Assembly (NCBI GenBank): GCA_002189035.1
Contig: NEEC01000032.1
Coordinates: 1-64,000 of the forward strand
Length of the DNA stretch: 64,000 nucleotides
Direction: 5' to 3'
DNA from: Utricularia gibba
Taxonomy: Eukaryota > Plantae > Magnoliophyta
The position numbers and the translations under genes were made by a program. Position 1 is the first letter of the stretch. Each line of letters starts with the position of its first letter. Below, in pieces: positions 51,101-64,000 of this stretch. Under the pieces are notes generated by a model, which was given only the letters and a program-made list of their open reading frames with translations, made no database searches and was not told where the DNA came from.

Positions 51101-54100
51101 GTAGATGAATTCTGACACCATATGTTTTGGCTTTTGATTGATGCATTTAGTTGCTATGATACTTCTGATTCTTGATGCACCATTCCCGTATACCATGTCT
51201 CTAGTGGCTATTTGATTCTTTTGCCTTGTATGTTGTTCGCATCAATTTCGAGAACATGAAGCACATTATTAAATGCAGTCACCACGGAATGCCACGTGAG
51301 ACACTTTTCGTTGTGGCTTGTTTTTAATATGTCCACAGTTATCGGACAAACGTAACTCCAAATTATAATACTTGGAGCTCGAAAGGGCTTCCCAACAGTG
51401 TGCTATGAAGAGCAAGGATCTGCATGTTATGCAAGAGGTGCTTCGCGGACCAGGATGTGCGACGTAGTCATTTCATTGCGCATCATCATTCGGGGTGCAT
51501 CCTAAAAATCACACGTGCACGGATTCATTAAAAATAAATATTTACGCATATCCAGAGTGTATAACAGTGTTGGGATAAGTGATGCCACGAAATTCATGAT
51601 GTAGCATGTGACTTTTTTCCAACTTGATCGCATAGTAGATGAATTCTGACACCATATGTTTTGGCTTTTGATTGATGCATTTAGTTGCTATGATACTTCT
51701 GATTCTTGATGCACCATTCCCGTATACCATGTCTCTAGTGGCTATTTGATTCTTTTGCCTTGTATGTTGTTCGCATCAATTTCGAGAACATGAAGCACAT
51801 TATTAAATGCAGTCACCACGGAATGCCACGTGAGACACTTTTCGTTGTGGCTTGTTTTTAATATGTCCACAGTTATCGGACAAACGTAACTCCAAATTAT
51901 AATACTTGGAGCTCGAAAAGGGCTTCCCAACAGTGTGCTATGAAGAGCAAGGATCTGCATGTTATGCAAGAGGTGCTTCGCGGACCAGGATGTGCGACGT
52001 AGTCATTTCATTGCGCATCATCATTCGGGGTGCATCCTAAAAATCACACGTGCACGGGATTCATTAAAAATAAATATTTACGCATATCCAGAGTGTATAA
52101 CAGTGTTGGGATAAGTGATGCCACGAAATTCATGATGTAGCATGTGACTTTTTTCCAACTTGATCGCATAGTAGATGAATTCTGACACCATATGTTTTGG
52201 CTTTTGATTGATGCATTTAGTTGCTATGATACTTCTGATTCTTGATGCACCATTCCCGTATACCATGTCTCTAGTGGCTATTTGATTCTTTTGCCTTGTA
52301 TGTTGTTCGCATCAATTTCGAGAACATGAAGCACATTATTAAATGCAGTCACCACGGAATGCCACGTGAGACACTTTTCGTTGTGGCTTGTTTTTAATAT
52401 GTCCACAGTTATCGGACAAACGTAACTCCAAATTATAATACTTGGAGCTCGAAAAGGGCTTCCCAACAGTGTGCTATGAAGAGCAAGGATCTGCATGTTA
52501 TGCAAGAGGTGCTTCGCGGACCAGGATGTGCGACGTAGTCATTTCATTGCGCATCATCATTCGGGGTGCATCCTAAAAATCACACGTGCACGGGATTCAT
52601 TAAAAATAAATATTTACGCATATCCAGATTATATAACAGTGTTGGGATAAGTGATGCCACGAAATTCATGATGTAGCATGTGACTTTTTTCCAACTTGAT
52701 CGCATAGTAGATGAATCTGACACCATATGTTTTGGCTTTTGATTGATGCATTTAGTTGCTATGATACTTCTGATTCTTGATGCACCATTCCCGTATACCA
52801 TGTCTCTAGTGGCTATTTGATTCTTTTGCCTTGTATGTTGTTCGCATCAATTTCGAGAACATGAAGCACATTATTAAATGCAGTCACCACGGAATGCCAC
52901 GTGAGACACTTTTCGTTGTGGCTTGTTTTTAATATGTCCACAGTTATCGGACAAACGTAACTCCAAATTATAATACTTGGAGCTCGAAAGGGCTTCCCAA
53001 CAGTGTGCTATGAAGAGCAAGGATCTGCATGTTATGCAAGAGGTGCTTCGCGGACCAGGATGTGCGACGTAGTCATTTCATTGCGCATCATCATTCGGGG
53101 TGCATCCTAAAAATCACACGTGCACGGATTCATTAAAAATAAATATTTACGCATATCCAGAGTTATATACAGTGTTGGGATAAGTGATGCCACGAAATTC
53201 ATGATGTAGCATGTGACTTTTTTCCAACTTGATCGCATAGTAGATGAATCTGACACCATATGTTTTGGCTTTTGATTGATGCATTTAGTTGCTATGATAC
53301 TTCTGATTCTTGATGCACCATTCCCGTATACCATGTCTCTAGTGGCTATTTGATTCTTTTGCCTTGTATGTTGTTCGCATCAATTTCGAGAACATGAAGC
53401 ACATTATTAAATGCAGTCACCACGGAATGCCACGTGAGACACTTTTCGTTGTGGCTTGTTTTTAATATGTCCACAGTTATCGGACAAACGTAACTCCAAA
53501 TTATAATACTTGGAGCTCGAATAGGGCTTCCCAACAGTGTGCTATGAAGAGCAAGGATCTGCATGTTATGCAAGAGGTGCTTCGCGGACCAGGATGTGCG
53601 ACGTAGTCATTTCATTGCGCATCATCATTCGGGGTGCATCCTAAAAATCACACGTGCACGGATTCATTAAAAATAAATATTTACGCATATCCAGATTATA
53701 TAACAGTGTTGGGATAAGTGATGCCACGAAATTCATGATGTAGCATGTGACTTTTTTCCAACTTGATCGCATAGTAGATGAATTCTGACACCATATGTTT
53801 TGGCTTTTGATTGATGCATTTAGTTGCTATGATACTTCTGATTCTTGATGCACCATTCCCGTATACCATGTCTCTAGTGGCTATTTGATTCTTTTGCCTT
53901 GTATGTTGTTCGCATCAATTTCGAGAACATGAAGCACATTATTAAATGCAGTCACCACGGAATGCCACGTGAGACACTTTTCGTTGTGGCTTGTTTTTAA
54001 TATGTCCACAGTTATCGGACAAACGTAACTCCAAATTATAATACTTGGAGCTCGAAAGGGCTTCCCAACAGTGTGCTATGAAGAGCAAGGATCTGCATGT

Positions 54101-57100
54101 TATGCAAGAGGTGCTTCGCGGACCAGGATGTGCGACGTAGTCATTTCATTGCGCATCATCATTCGGGGTGCATCCTAAAAATCACACGTGCACGGGATTC
54201 ATTAAAAATAAATATTTACGCATATCCAGATTATAAACAGTGTTGGGATAAGTGATGCCACGAAATTCATGATGTAGCATGTGACTTTTTTCCAACTTGA
54301 TCGCATAGTAGATGAATTCTGACACCATATGTTTTGGCTTTTGATTGATGCATTTAGTTGCTATGATACTTCTGATTCTTGATGCACCATTCCCGTATAC
54401 CATGTCTCTAGTGGCTATTTGATTCTTTTGCCTTGTATGTTGTTCGCATCAATTTCGAGAACATGAAGCACATTATTAAATGCAGTCACCACGGAATGCC
54501 ACGTGAGACACTTTTCGTTGTGGCTTGTTTTTAATATGTCCACAGTTATCGGACAAACGTAACTCCAAATTATAATACTTGGAGCTCGAAAAGGGCTTCC
54601 CAACAGTGTGCTATGAAGAGCAAGGATCTGCATGTTATGCAAGAGGTGCTTCGCGGACCAGGATGTGCGACGTAGTCATTTCATTGCGCATCATCATTCG
54701 GGGTGCATCCTAAAAATCACACGTGCACGGATTCATTAAAAATAAATATTTACGCATATCCAGAGTGTATAACAGTGTTGGGATAAGTGATGCCACGAAA
54801 TTCATGATGTAGCATGTGACTTTTTTCCAACTTGATCGCATAGTAGATGAATTCTGACACCATATGTTTTGGCTTTTGATTGATGCATTTAGTTGCTATG
54901 ATACTTCTGATTCTTGATGCACCATTCCCGTATACCATGTCTCTAGTGGCTATTTGATTCTTTTGCCTTGTATGTTGTTCGCATCAATTTCGAGAACATG
55001 AAGCACATTATTAAATGCAGTCACCACGGAATGCCACGTGAGACACTTTTCGTTGTGGCTTGTTTTTAATATGTCCACAGTTATCGGACAAACGTAACTC
55101 CAAATTATAATACTTGGAGCTCGAAAGGGCTTCCCAACAGTGTGCTATGAAGAGCAAGGATCTGCATGTTATGCAAGAGGTGCTTCGCGGACCAGGATGT
55201 GCGACGTAGTCATTTCATTGCGCATCATCATTCGGGGTGCATCCTAAAAATCACACGTGCACGGGATTCATTAAAAATAAATATTTACGCATATCCAGAT
55301 TATAACAGTGTTGGGATAAGTGATGCCACGAAATTCATGATGTAGCATGTGACTTTTTTCCAACTTGATCGCATAGTAGATGAATTCTGACACCATATGT
55401 TTTGGCTTTTGATTGATGCATTTAGTTGCTATGATACTTCTGATTCTTGATGCACCATTCCCGTATACCATGTCTCTAGTGGCTATTTGATTCTTTTGCC
55501 TTGTATGTTGTTCGCATCAATTTCGAGAACATGAAGCACATTATTAAATGCAGTCACCACGGAATGCCACGTGAGACACTTTTCGTTGTGGCTTGTTTTT
55601 AATATGTCCACAGTTATCGGACAAACGTAACTCCAAATTATAATACTTGGAGCTCGAAAAGGGCTTCCCAACAGTGTGCTATGAAGAGCAAGGATCTGCA
55701 TGTTATGCAAGAGGTGCTTCGCGGACCAGGATGTGCGACGTAGTCATTTCATTGCGCATCATCATTCGGGGTGCATCCTAAAAATCACACGTGCACGGAT
55801 TCATTAAAAATAAATATTTACGCATATCCAGATTATATAACAGTGTTGGGATAAGTGATGCCACGAAATTCATGATGTAGCATGTGACTTTTTTCCAACT
55901 TGATCGCATAGTAGATGAATTCTGACACCATATGTTTTGGCTTTTGATTGATGCATTTAGTTGCTATGATACTTCTGATTCTTGATGCACCATTCCCCAT
56001 GTCTCTACATGTCGCATCAATAGAACATGAAGCACATTATTTGCAGTTGCTTTTTCGTTGTGGCCCACAGTTGTAACTGGAGCTTGTGTGCTATGAAGAG
56101 CAAGGATCTGCATGTTATTGCTTCGCGGAGGAAGTCATGCGCATCATCATTCGCACCTAAAAATCACACGTGCATTCATTAAAAATGCATATCCACCACC
56201 ATGATGTAGCATGTGACTTGATCGCACTGACACCATATGATTGATGCACTATGATACTTCTGATTCTTGATGGTATGTCTCTAGTGGCTATTTGAATGTT
56301 GTTCGCATCAATTTCGAGAACATGAAGCACACAGTCACCACGGAATGCCACGTGAGACACTTTTCGTTGTGGCTTGTTTTTAATATGTCCACAGTTATCG
56401 GACAAACGTAACTCCAAATTATAATACTTGGAGCTTTTGTGCTATGTCTGCATGTTATGCAAGAGGTGCTTCGCTGTGCGATAGTGCGCATGCATCACAC
56501 GTGCATGCATATCCAGCAGCTTCATGATGTAGCATGTGACTTTGCGCATAGTAGATGTGACAGATTGATGCATTTAGTTGCTATGATACTTCTGATTCTT
56601 GATGCACCATGTCTCTAGTGGCTATTTGATTCTTTTGCATGTTGTTCATCAATTTCGTTGCAGTCATGCCACGTGAGACAATCACACGTGCACGTATTCA
56701 AACATAAATAAATACGCATGCAGCTTCCATGTGGGGCTTCCCACGAATGTTCATGATGTACATGTGATTGCCAAATTTGAATCGCATAGTTTTGATTCTG
56801 CATGTTATGCATGCTTCGCGGATATAGTCATTTCATTGCGCATCATCATTCGGGGTGCATCCTAAAAATCACACGTGCACGGATTCATTAAAAATAAATA
56901 TTTACGCATATCCAGACAGTGTTGGGATAAGTGATGCCACGAAATTCATGATGTAGCATGTGACTTTTTTCCAACTTGATCGCATAGTAGATGAATCTGA
57001 CACCATATGTTTTGGCTTTTGATTGATGCATTTAGTTGCTATGATACTTCTGATTCTTGATGCACCATTCCCGTATACCATGTCTCTAGTGGCTATTTGA

Positions 57101-58454
57101 TTCTTTTGCCTTGTATGTTGTTCGCATCAATTTCGAGAACATGAAGCACATTATTAAATGCAGTCACCACGGAATGCCACGTGAGACACTTTTCGTTGTG
57201 GCTTGTTTTTAATATGTCCACAGTTATCGGACAAACGTAACTCCAAATTATAATACTTGGAGCTCGAAAAGGGCTTCCCAACAGTGTGCTATGAAGAGCA
57301 AGGATCTGCATGTTATGCAAGAGGTGCTTCGCGGACCAGGATGTGCGACGTAGTCATTTCATTGCGCATCATCATTCGGGGTGCATCCTAAAAATCACAC
57401 GTGCACGGGATTCATTAAAAATAAATATTTACGCATATCCAGAGTGTATAACAGTGTTGGGATAAGTGATGCCACGAAATTCATGATGTAGCATGTGACT
57501 TTTTTCCAACTTGATCGCATAGTAGATGAATTCTGACACCATATGTTTTGGCTTTTGATTGATGCATTTAGTTGCTATGATACTTCTGATTCTTGATGCA
57601 CCATTCCCGTATACCATGTCTCTAGTGGCTATTTGATTCTTTTGCCTTGTATGTTGTTCGCATCAATTTCGAGAACATGAAGCACATTATTAAATGCAGT
57701 CACCACGGAATGCCACGTGAGACACTTTTCGTTGTGGCTTGTTTTTAATATGTCCACAGTTATCGGACAAACGTAACTCCAAATTATAATACTTGGAGCT
57801 CGAAAAGGGCTTCCCAACAGTGTGCTATGAAGAGCAAGGATCTGCATGTTATGCAAGAGGTGCTTCGCGGACCAGGATGTGCGACGTAGTCATTTCATTG
57901 CGCATCATCATTCGGGGTGCATCCTAAAAATCACACGTGCACGGATTCATTAAAAATAAATATTTACGCATATCCAGAGTGTATAACAGTGTTGGGATAA
58001 GTGATGCCACGAAATTCATGATGTAGCATGTGACTTTTTTCCAACTTGATCGCATAGTAGATGAATTCTGACACCATATGTTTTGGCTTTTGATTGATGC
58101 ATTTAGTTGCTATGATACTTCTGATTCTTGATGCACCATTCCCGTATACCATGTCTCTAGTGGCTATTTGATTCTTTTGCCTTGTATGTTGTTCGCATCA
58201 ATTTCGAGAACATGAAGCACATTATTAAATGCAGTCACCACGGAATGCCACGTGAGACACTTTTCGTTGTGGCTTGTTTTTAATATGTCCACAGTTATCG
58301 GACAAACGTAACTCCAAATTATAATACTTGGAGCTCGAAAAGGGCTTCCCAACAGTGTGCTATGAAGAGCAAGGATCTGCATGTTATGCAAGAGGTGCTT
58401 CGCGGACCAGGATGTGCGACGTAGTCATTTCATTGCGCATCATCATTCGGGGTG

Positions 58455-58989
58455 CATCCTAAAAATCACACGTGCACGGATTCATTAAAAATAAATATTT
58501 ACGCATATCCAGAGTGTATAACAGTGTTGGGATAAGTGATGCCACGAAATTCATGATGTAGCATGTGACTTTTTTCCAACTTGATCGCATAGTAGATGAA
58601 TTCTGACACCATATGTTTTGGCTTTTGATTGATGCATTTAGTTGCTATGATACTTCTGATTCTTGATGCACCATTCCCGTATACCATGTCTCTAGTGGCT
58701 ATTTGATTCTTTTGCCTTGTATGTTGTTCGCATCAATTTCGAGAACATGAAGCACATTATTAAATGCAGTCACCACGGAATGCCACGTGAGACACTTTTC
58801 GTTGTGGCTTGTTTTTAATATGTCCACAGTTATCGGACAAACGTAACTCCAAATTATAATACTTGGAGCTCGAAAAGGGCTTCCCAACAGTGTGCTATGA
58901 AGAGCAAGGATCTGCATGTTATGCAAGAGGTGCTTCGCGGACCAGGATGTGCGACGTAGTCATTTCATTGCGCATCATCATTCGGGGTG
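58455..58989 (+). repeat. Representative SatB core monomer (535 bp; single EcoRI and SacI sites, two CACGTG)
   Basis: catcc starts at 58455 and again at 58990; neighbouring copies look identical by eye. Confidence 0.95.
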
Positions 58990-61900
58990 CATCCTAAAAA
59001 TCACACGTGCACGGATTCATTAAAAATAAATATTTACGCATATCCAGAGTGTATAACAGTGTTGGGATAAGTGATGCCACGAAATTCATGATGTAGCATG
59101 TGACTTTTTTCCAACTTGATCGCATAGTAGATGAATTCTGACACCATATGTTTTGGCTTTTGATTGATGCATTTAGTTGCTATGATACTTCTGATTCTTG
59201 ATGCACCATTCCCGTATACCATGTCTCTAGTGGCTATTTGATTCTTTTGCCTTGTATGTTGTTCGCATCAATTTCGAGAACATGAAGCACATTATTAAAT
59301 GCAGTCACCACGGAATGCCACGTGAGACACTTTTCGTTGTGGCTTGTTTTTAATATGTCCACAGTTATCGGACAAACGTAACTCCAAATTATAATACTTG
59401 GAGCTCGAAAAGGGCTTCCCAACAGTGTGCTATGAAGAGCAAGGATCTGCATGTTATGCAAGAGGTGCTTCGCGGACCAGGATGTGCGACGTAGTCATTT
59501 CATTGCGCATCATCATTCGGGGTGCATCCTAAAAATCACACGTGCACGGATTCATTAAAAATAAATATTTACGCATATCCAGAGTGTATAACAGTGTTGG
59601 GATAAGTGATGCCACGAAATTCATGATGTAGCATGTGACTTTTTTCCAACTTGATCGCATAGTAGATGAATTCTGACACCATATGTTTTGGCTTTTGATT
59701 GATGCATTTAGTTGCTATGATACTTCTGATTCTTGATGCACCATTCCCGTATACCATGTCTCTAGTGGCTATTTGATTCTTTTGCCTTGTATGTTGTTCG
59801 CATCAATTTCGAGAACATGAAGCACATTATTAAATGCAGTCACCACGGAATGCCACGTGAGACACTTTTCGTTGTGGCTTGTTTTTAATATGTCCACAGT
59901 TATCGGACAAACGTAACTCCAAATTATAATACTTGGAGCTCGAAAAGGGCTTCCCAACAGTGTGCTATGAAGAGCAAGGATCTGCATGTTATGCAAGAGG
60001 TGCTTCGCGGACCAGGATGTGCGACGTAGTCATTTCATTGCGCATCATCATTCGGGGTGCATCCTAAAAATCACACGTGCACGGATTCATTAAAAATAAA
60101 TATTTACGCATATCCAGATTATATAACAGTGTTGGGATAAGTGATGCCACGAAATTCATGATGTAGCATGTGACTTTTTTCCAACTTGATCGCATAGTAG
60201 ATGAATCTGACACCATATGTTTTGGCTTTGATTGATGCATTTAGTTGCTATGATACTTCTGATTCTTGATGCACCATTCCCGTATACCATGTCTCTAGTG
60301 GCTATTTGATTCTTTTGCTTGTATGTTGTTCGCATCAATTTCGAGAACATGAAGCACATTATTAAATGCAGTCACCACGGAATGCCACGTGAGACACTTT
60401 TCGTTGTGGCTTGTTTTTAATATGTCCACAGTTATCGGACAAACGTAACTCCAAATTATAATACTTGGAGCTCGATTCCCAACAGTGTGCTATGAAGAGC
60501 AAGGATCTGCATGTTATGCCTTCGCGGACCAGGATGTGCGACGTAGTCATTTCATTGCGCATCATCATTCGCATGTGCATGATATTCACACCATATGTTT
60601 TGGCATCATTACATTTAGTTGCTATGATACTTCTGATTCTTGATGCACCATTCCCGTATACCATGGTGGAGATGTCTTTTGCCTTGTGTTGTTCGCATCT
60701 AGAATGTGAAGCAGTTTGGCACTGAATGCGTACCAGATTGTGCCTATGGATAATATGTCACTAGATTATCGCATCGTTCCAAATTATAATTATTGGAGCT
60801 CGAGTCTACCCACACTGCTGCCGTGAGAGTTGCATGTGCTTGAGTTGCTGATCGGCCAGTTATCGACATAACGTATTAAATTATATCATTCGTTGCATTT
60901 CAAATAACACGTGCACGTGTGCTATGAAGAGCAAGGATCTGCATGTTATGCAAAACATATCATTAGCATGCAGAGTGTATAACATTCCATGTGAAACTTG
61001 ATCGCATCACACGATTCATTCTATGATGATATGCATGTGAATTTGATTCAATCGATCGCATCATTGATTAATAACAGTGTAAGTTTTGTGCTATTCTGCA
61101 TGTTATATGCATGTTAGTCATGCGCATATGATGTTGCATATCTTGATGTGATGCCACCATGATGTAGCATGTGACTTTTTTCCAACTTGATCGCATAGTA
61201 GATGAATTCTGACACCATATGTTTTGGCTTTTGATTGATGCATTTAGTTGCTATGATACTTCTGATTCTTGATGCACCATTCCCGTATACCATGTCTCTA
61301 GTGGCTATTTGATTCTTTTGCCTTGTATGTTGTTCGCATCAATTTCGAGAACATGAAGCACATTATTAAATGCAGTCACCACGGAATGCCACGTGAGACA
61401 CTTTTCGTTGTGGCTTGTTTTTAATATGTCCACAGTTATCGGACAAACGTAACTCCAAATTATAATACTTGGAGCTCGAAAAGGGCTTCCCAACAGTGTG
61501 CTATGAAGAGCAAGGATCTGCATGTTATGCAAGAGGTGCTTCGCGGACCAGGATGTGCGACGTAGTCATTTCATTGCGCATCATCATTCGGGGTGCATCC
61601 TAAAAATCACACGTGCACGGATTCATTAAAAATAAATATTTACGCATATCCAGAGTGTATAACAGTGTTGGGATAAGTGATGCCACGAAATTCATGATGT
61701 AGCATGTGACTTTTTTCCAACTTGATCGCATAGTAGATGAATTCTGACACCATATGTTTTGGCTTTTGATTGATGCATTTAGTTGCTATGATACTTCTGA
61801 TTCTTGATGCACCATTCCCGTATACCATGTCTCTAGTGGCTATTTGATTCTTTTGCCTTGTATGTTGTTCGCATCAATTTCGAGAACATGAAGCACATTA

Positions 61901-64000
61901 TTAAATGCAGTCACCACGGAATGCCACGTGAGACACTTTTCGTTGTGGCTTGTTTTTAATATGTCCACAGTTATCGGACAAACGTAACTCCAAATTATAA
62001 TACTTGGAGCTCGAAAAGGGCTTCCCAACAGTGTGCTATGAAGAGCAAGGATCTGCATGTTATGCAAGAGGTGCTTCGCGGACCAGGATGTGCGACGTAG
62101 TCATTTCATTGCGCATCATCATTCGGGGTGCATCCTAAAAATCACACGTGCACGGATTCATTAAAAATAAATATTTACGCATATCCAGATTATATAACAG
62201 TGTTGGGATAAGTGATGCCACGAAATTCATGATGTAGCATGTGACTTTTTTCCAACTTGATCGCATAGTAGATGAATACACCATATGACACTATGATACA
62301 TTCTTGATGCACCATTCCCGTATACCATGTCTCTAGCTATTTGATATGTTATCAATTTCGAGAACATGATGCCATGTGTAATAACAGTTATTGCTTTGTG
62401 ATGTCACGAATGAGTGATGTGTTGGACCCTTCCATGTTGATTAGCTGACACCATATGAATGCATTCTATGAGAATGCACCATTCCCGTATACCATGTCTC
62501 TAGTGGCTATTTGATTCTTTTGCCTTGTATGTTGTTCGCATCAATTTCGAGAACATGAAGCACATTATTAAATGCAGTCACCACGGAATGCCACGTGAGA
62601 CACTTTTCGTTGTGGCTTGTTTTTAATATGTCCACAGTTATCGGACAAACGTAACTCCAAATTATAATACTTGGAGCTCGAAAGGGCTTCCCAACAGTGT
62701 GCTATGAAGAGCAAGGATCTGCATGTTATGCAGAGGTGCTTCGCGGACCAGGATGTGCGACGTAGTCATTTCATTGCGCATCATCATTCGGGGTGCATCC
62801 TAAAAATCACACGTGCACGGATTCATTAAAAATAAATATTTACGCATATCCAGAGTTATAACAGTGTTGGGATAAGTGATGCCACGAAATTCATGATGTA
62901 GCATGTGACTTTTTTCCAACTTGATCGCATAGTAGATGAATCTGACACCATATGTTTTGGCTTTGATTGATGCATTTAGTTGCTATGATACTTCTGATTC
63001 TTGATGCACCATTCCCGTATACCATGTCTCTAGTGGCTATTTGATTCTTTTGCCTTGTATGTTGTTCGCATCAATTTCGAGAACATGAAGCACATTATTA
63101 AATGCAGTCACCACGGAATGCCACGTGAGACACTTTTCGTTGTGGCTTGTTTTTAATATGTCCACAGTTATCGGACAAACGTAACTCCAAATTATAATAC
63201 TTGGAGCTCGAAAAGGGCTTCCCAACAGTGTGCTATGAAGAGCAAGGATCTGCATGTTATGCAAGAGGTGCTTCGCGGACCAGGATGTGCGACGTAGTCA
63301 TTTCATTGCGCATCATCATTCGGGGTGCATCCTAAAAATCACACGTGCACGGATTCATTAAAAATAAATATTTACGCATATCCAGACAGTGTTGGGATAA
63401 GTGATGCCACGAAATTCATGATGTAGCATGTGACTTTTTTCCAACTTGATCGCATAGTAGATGAATTCTGACACCATATGTTTTGGCTTTTGATTGATGC
63501 ATTTAGTTGCTATGATACTTCTGATTCTTGATGCACCATTCCCGTATACCATGTCTCTAGTGGCTATTTGATTCTTTTGCCTTGTATGTTGTTCGCATCA
63601 ATTTCGAGAACATGAAGCACATTATTAAATGCAGTCACCACGGAATGCCACGTGAGACACTTTTCGTTGTGGCTTGTTTTTAATATGTCCACAGTTATCG
63701 GACAAACGTAACTCCAAATTATAATACTTGGAGCTCGAAAAGGGCTTCCCAACAGTGTGCTATGAAGAGCAAGGATCTGCATGTTATGCAAGAGGTGCTT
63801 CGCGGACCAGGATGTGCGACGTAGTCATTTCATTGCGCATCATCATTCGGGGTGCATCCTAAAAATCACACGTGCACGGGATTCATTAAAAATAAATATT
63901 TACGCATATCCAGAGTGTATAACAGTGTTGGGATAAGTGATGCCACGAAATTCATGATGTAGCATGTGACTTTTTTCCAACTTGATCGCATAGTAGATGA

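Larger units (their letters stand above)
34648..64000. repeat. Tandem satellite array SatB, 535/536-bp monomer, head-to-tail, continues beyond right edge
   Basis: The unit catcctaaaaatcacacgtgcacgg…catcatcattcggggtg recurs. ORF-track copies at 58164, 58699, 59234 and 59769 give period 535; 57093 to 57629 gives 536. The first satellite base is 34648 (tattatt|gtgcatcc). Confidence 0.98.

Noticed and set aside
58795-58812. CENP-B-box-like motif (tttcgttg…) in SatB
   Set aside because: Only the TTCG part matches; the essential A and CGGG positions are absent.
58455-58989. SatB as a trimer of ~178-bp subunits
   Set aside because: Only scattered short matches at inconsistent offsets (about 169-186, 241 and 278); no continuous register like SatA. 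A self dot-plot would settle it.
34696-63791. Recurrent 62-75 aa minus-strand ORFs (MVYGNGASRIRS…, MHNMQILALHST…)
   Set aside because: They are translations of SatB, often with non-ATG starts, change frame between copies, and have no recognisable homology.
1-64000. CRISPR array or other prokaryotic system
   Set aside because: Whole units repeat with no unique spacers, there are no cas-like ORFs, and the only coding relic is a plant-type LTR retrotransposon.
1-64000. Common ancestry of SatA and SatB (shared gagctcga, catcctaa)
   Set aside because: Isolated 8-mers without extendable alignment.
1-64000. Telomeric or subtelomeric assignment and naming to known satellite families of similar length
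   Set aside because: No TTTAGGG tracts were seen, and length similarity alone cannot identify a family; this needs a PlantSat or nt BLAST.

Overview
Eukaryotic, plant-type repetitive DNA. There is no intact protein-coding gene, no RNA gene and nothing prokaryotic. The window has three blocks. (1) 1-28948: head-to-tail array of a 315-bp satellite (SatA, about 92 monomer-equivalents, runs off the left edge). Its monomer is itself a diverged dimer of 158+157-bp subunits. (2) 28949-34647: a 5.7-kb non-tandem island holding a decayed minus-strand Ty3/gypsy retrotransposon whose gag/protease/RT/RNase H text resembles the CRM (centromeric chromovirus) lineage. It keeps one 720-bp LTR and a PBS, has lost the integrase core, and has no second LTR. 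An AT-rich spacer follows. (3) 34648-64000: array of an unrelated 535/536-bp satellite (SatB, about 55 monomers, runs off the right edge) with an island-proximal subfamily showing 3/4/7-mer higher-order patterning. Nearly all listed ORFs are translations of satellite monomers. Much intra-array indel variation and several scrambled patches look like long-read consensus or collapse artefacts. I cannot name the species or either satellite family. I found no credible novel gene system; the interesting content is structural (satellite evolution and a possible (peri)centromeric domain boundary).
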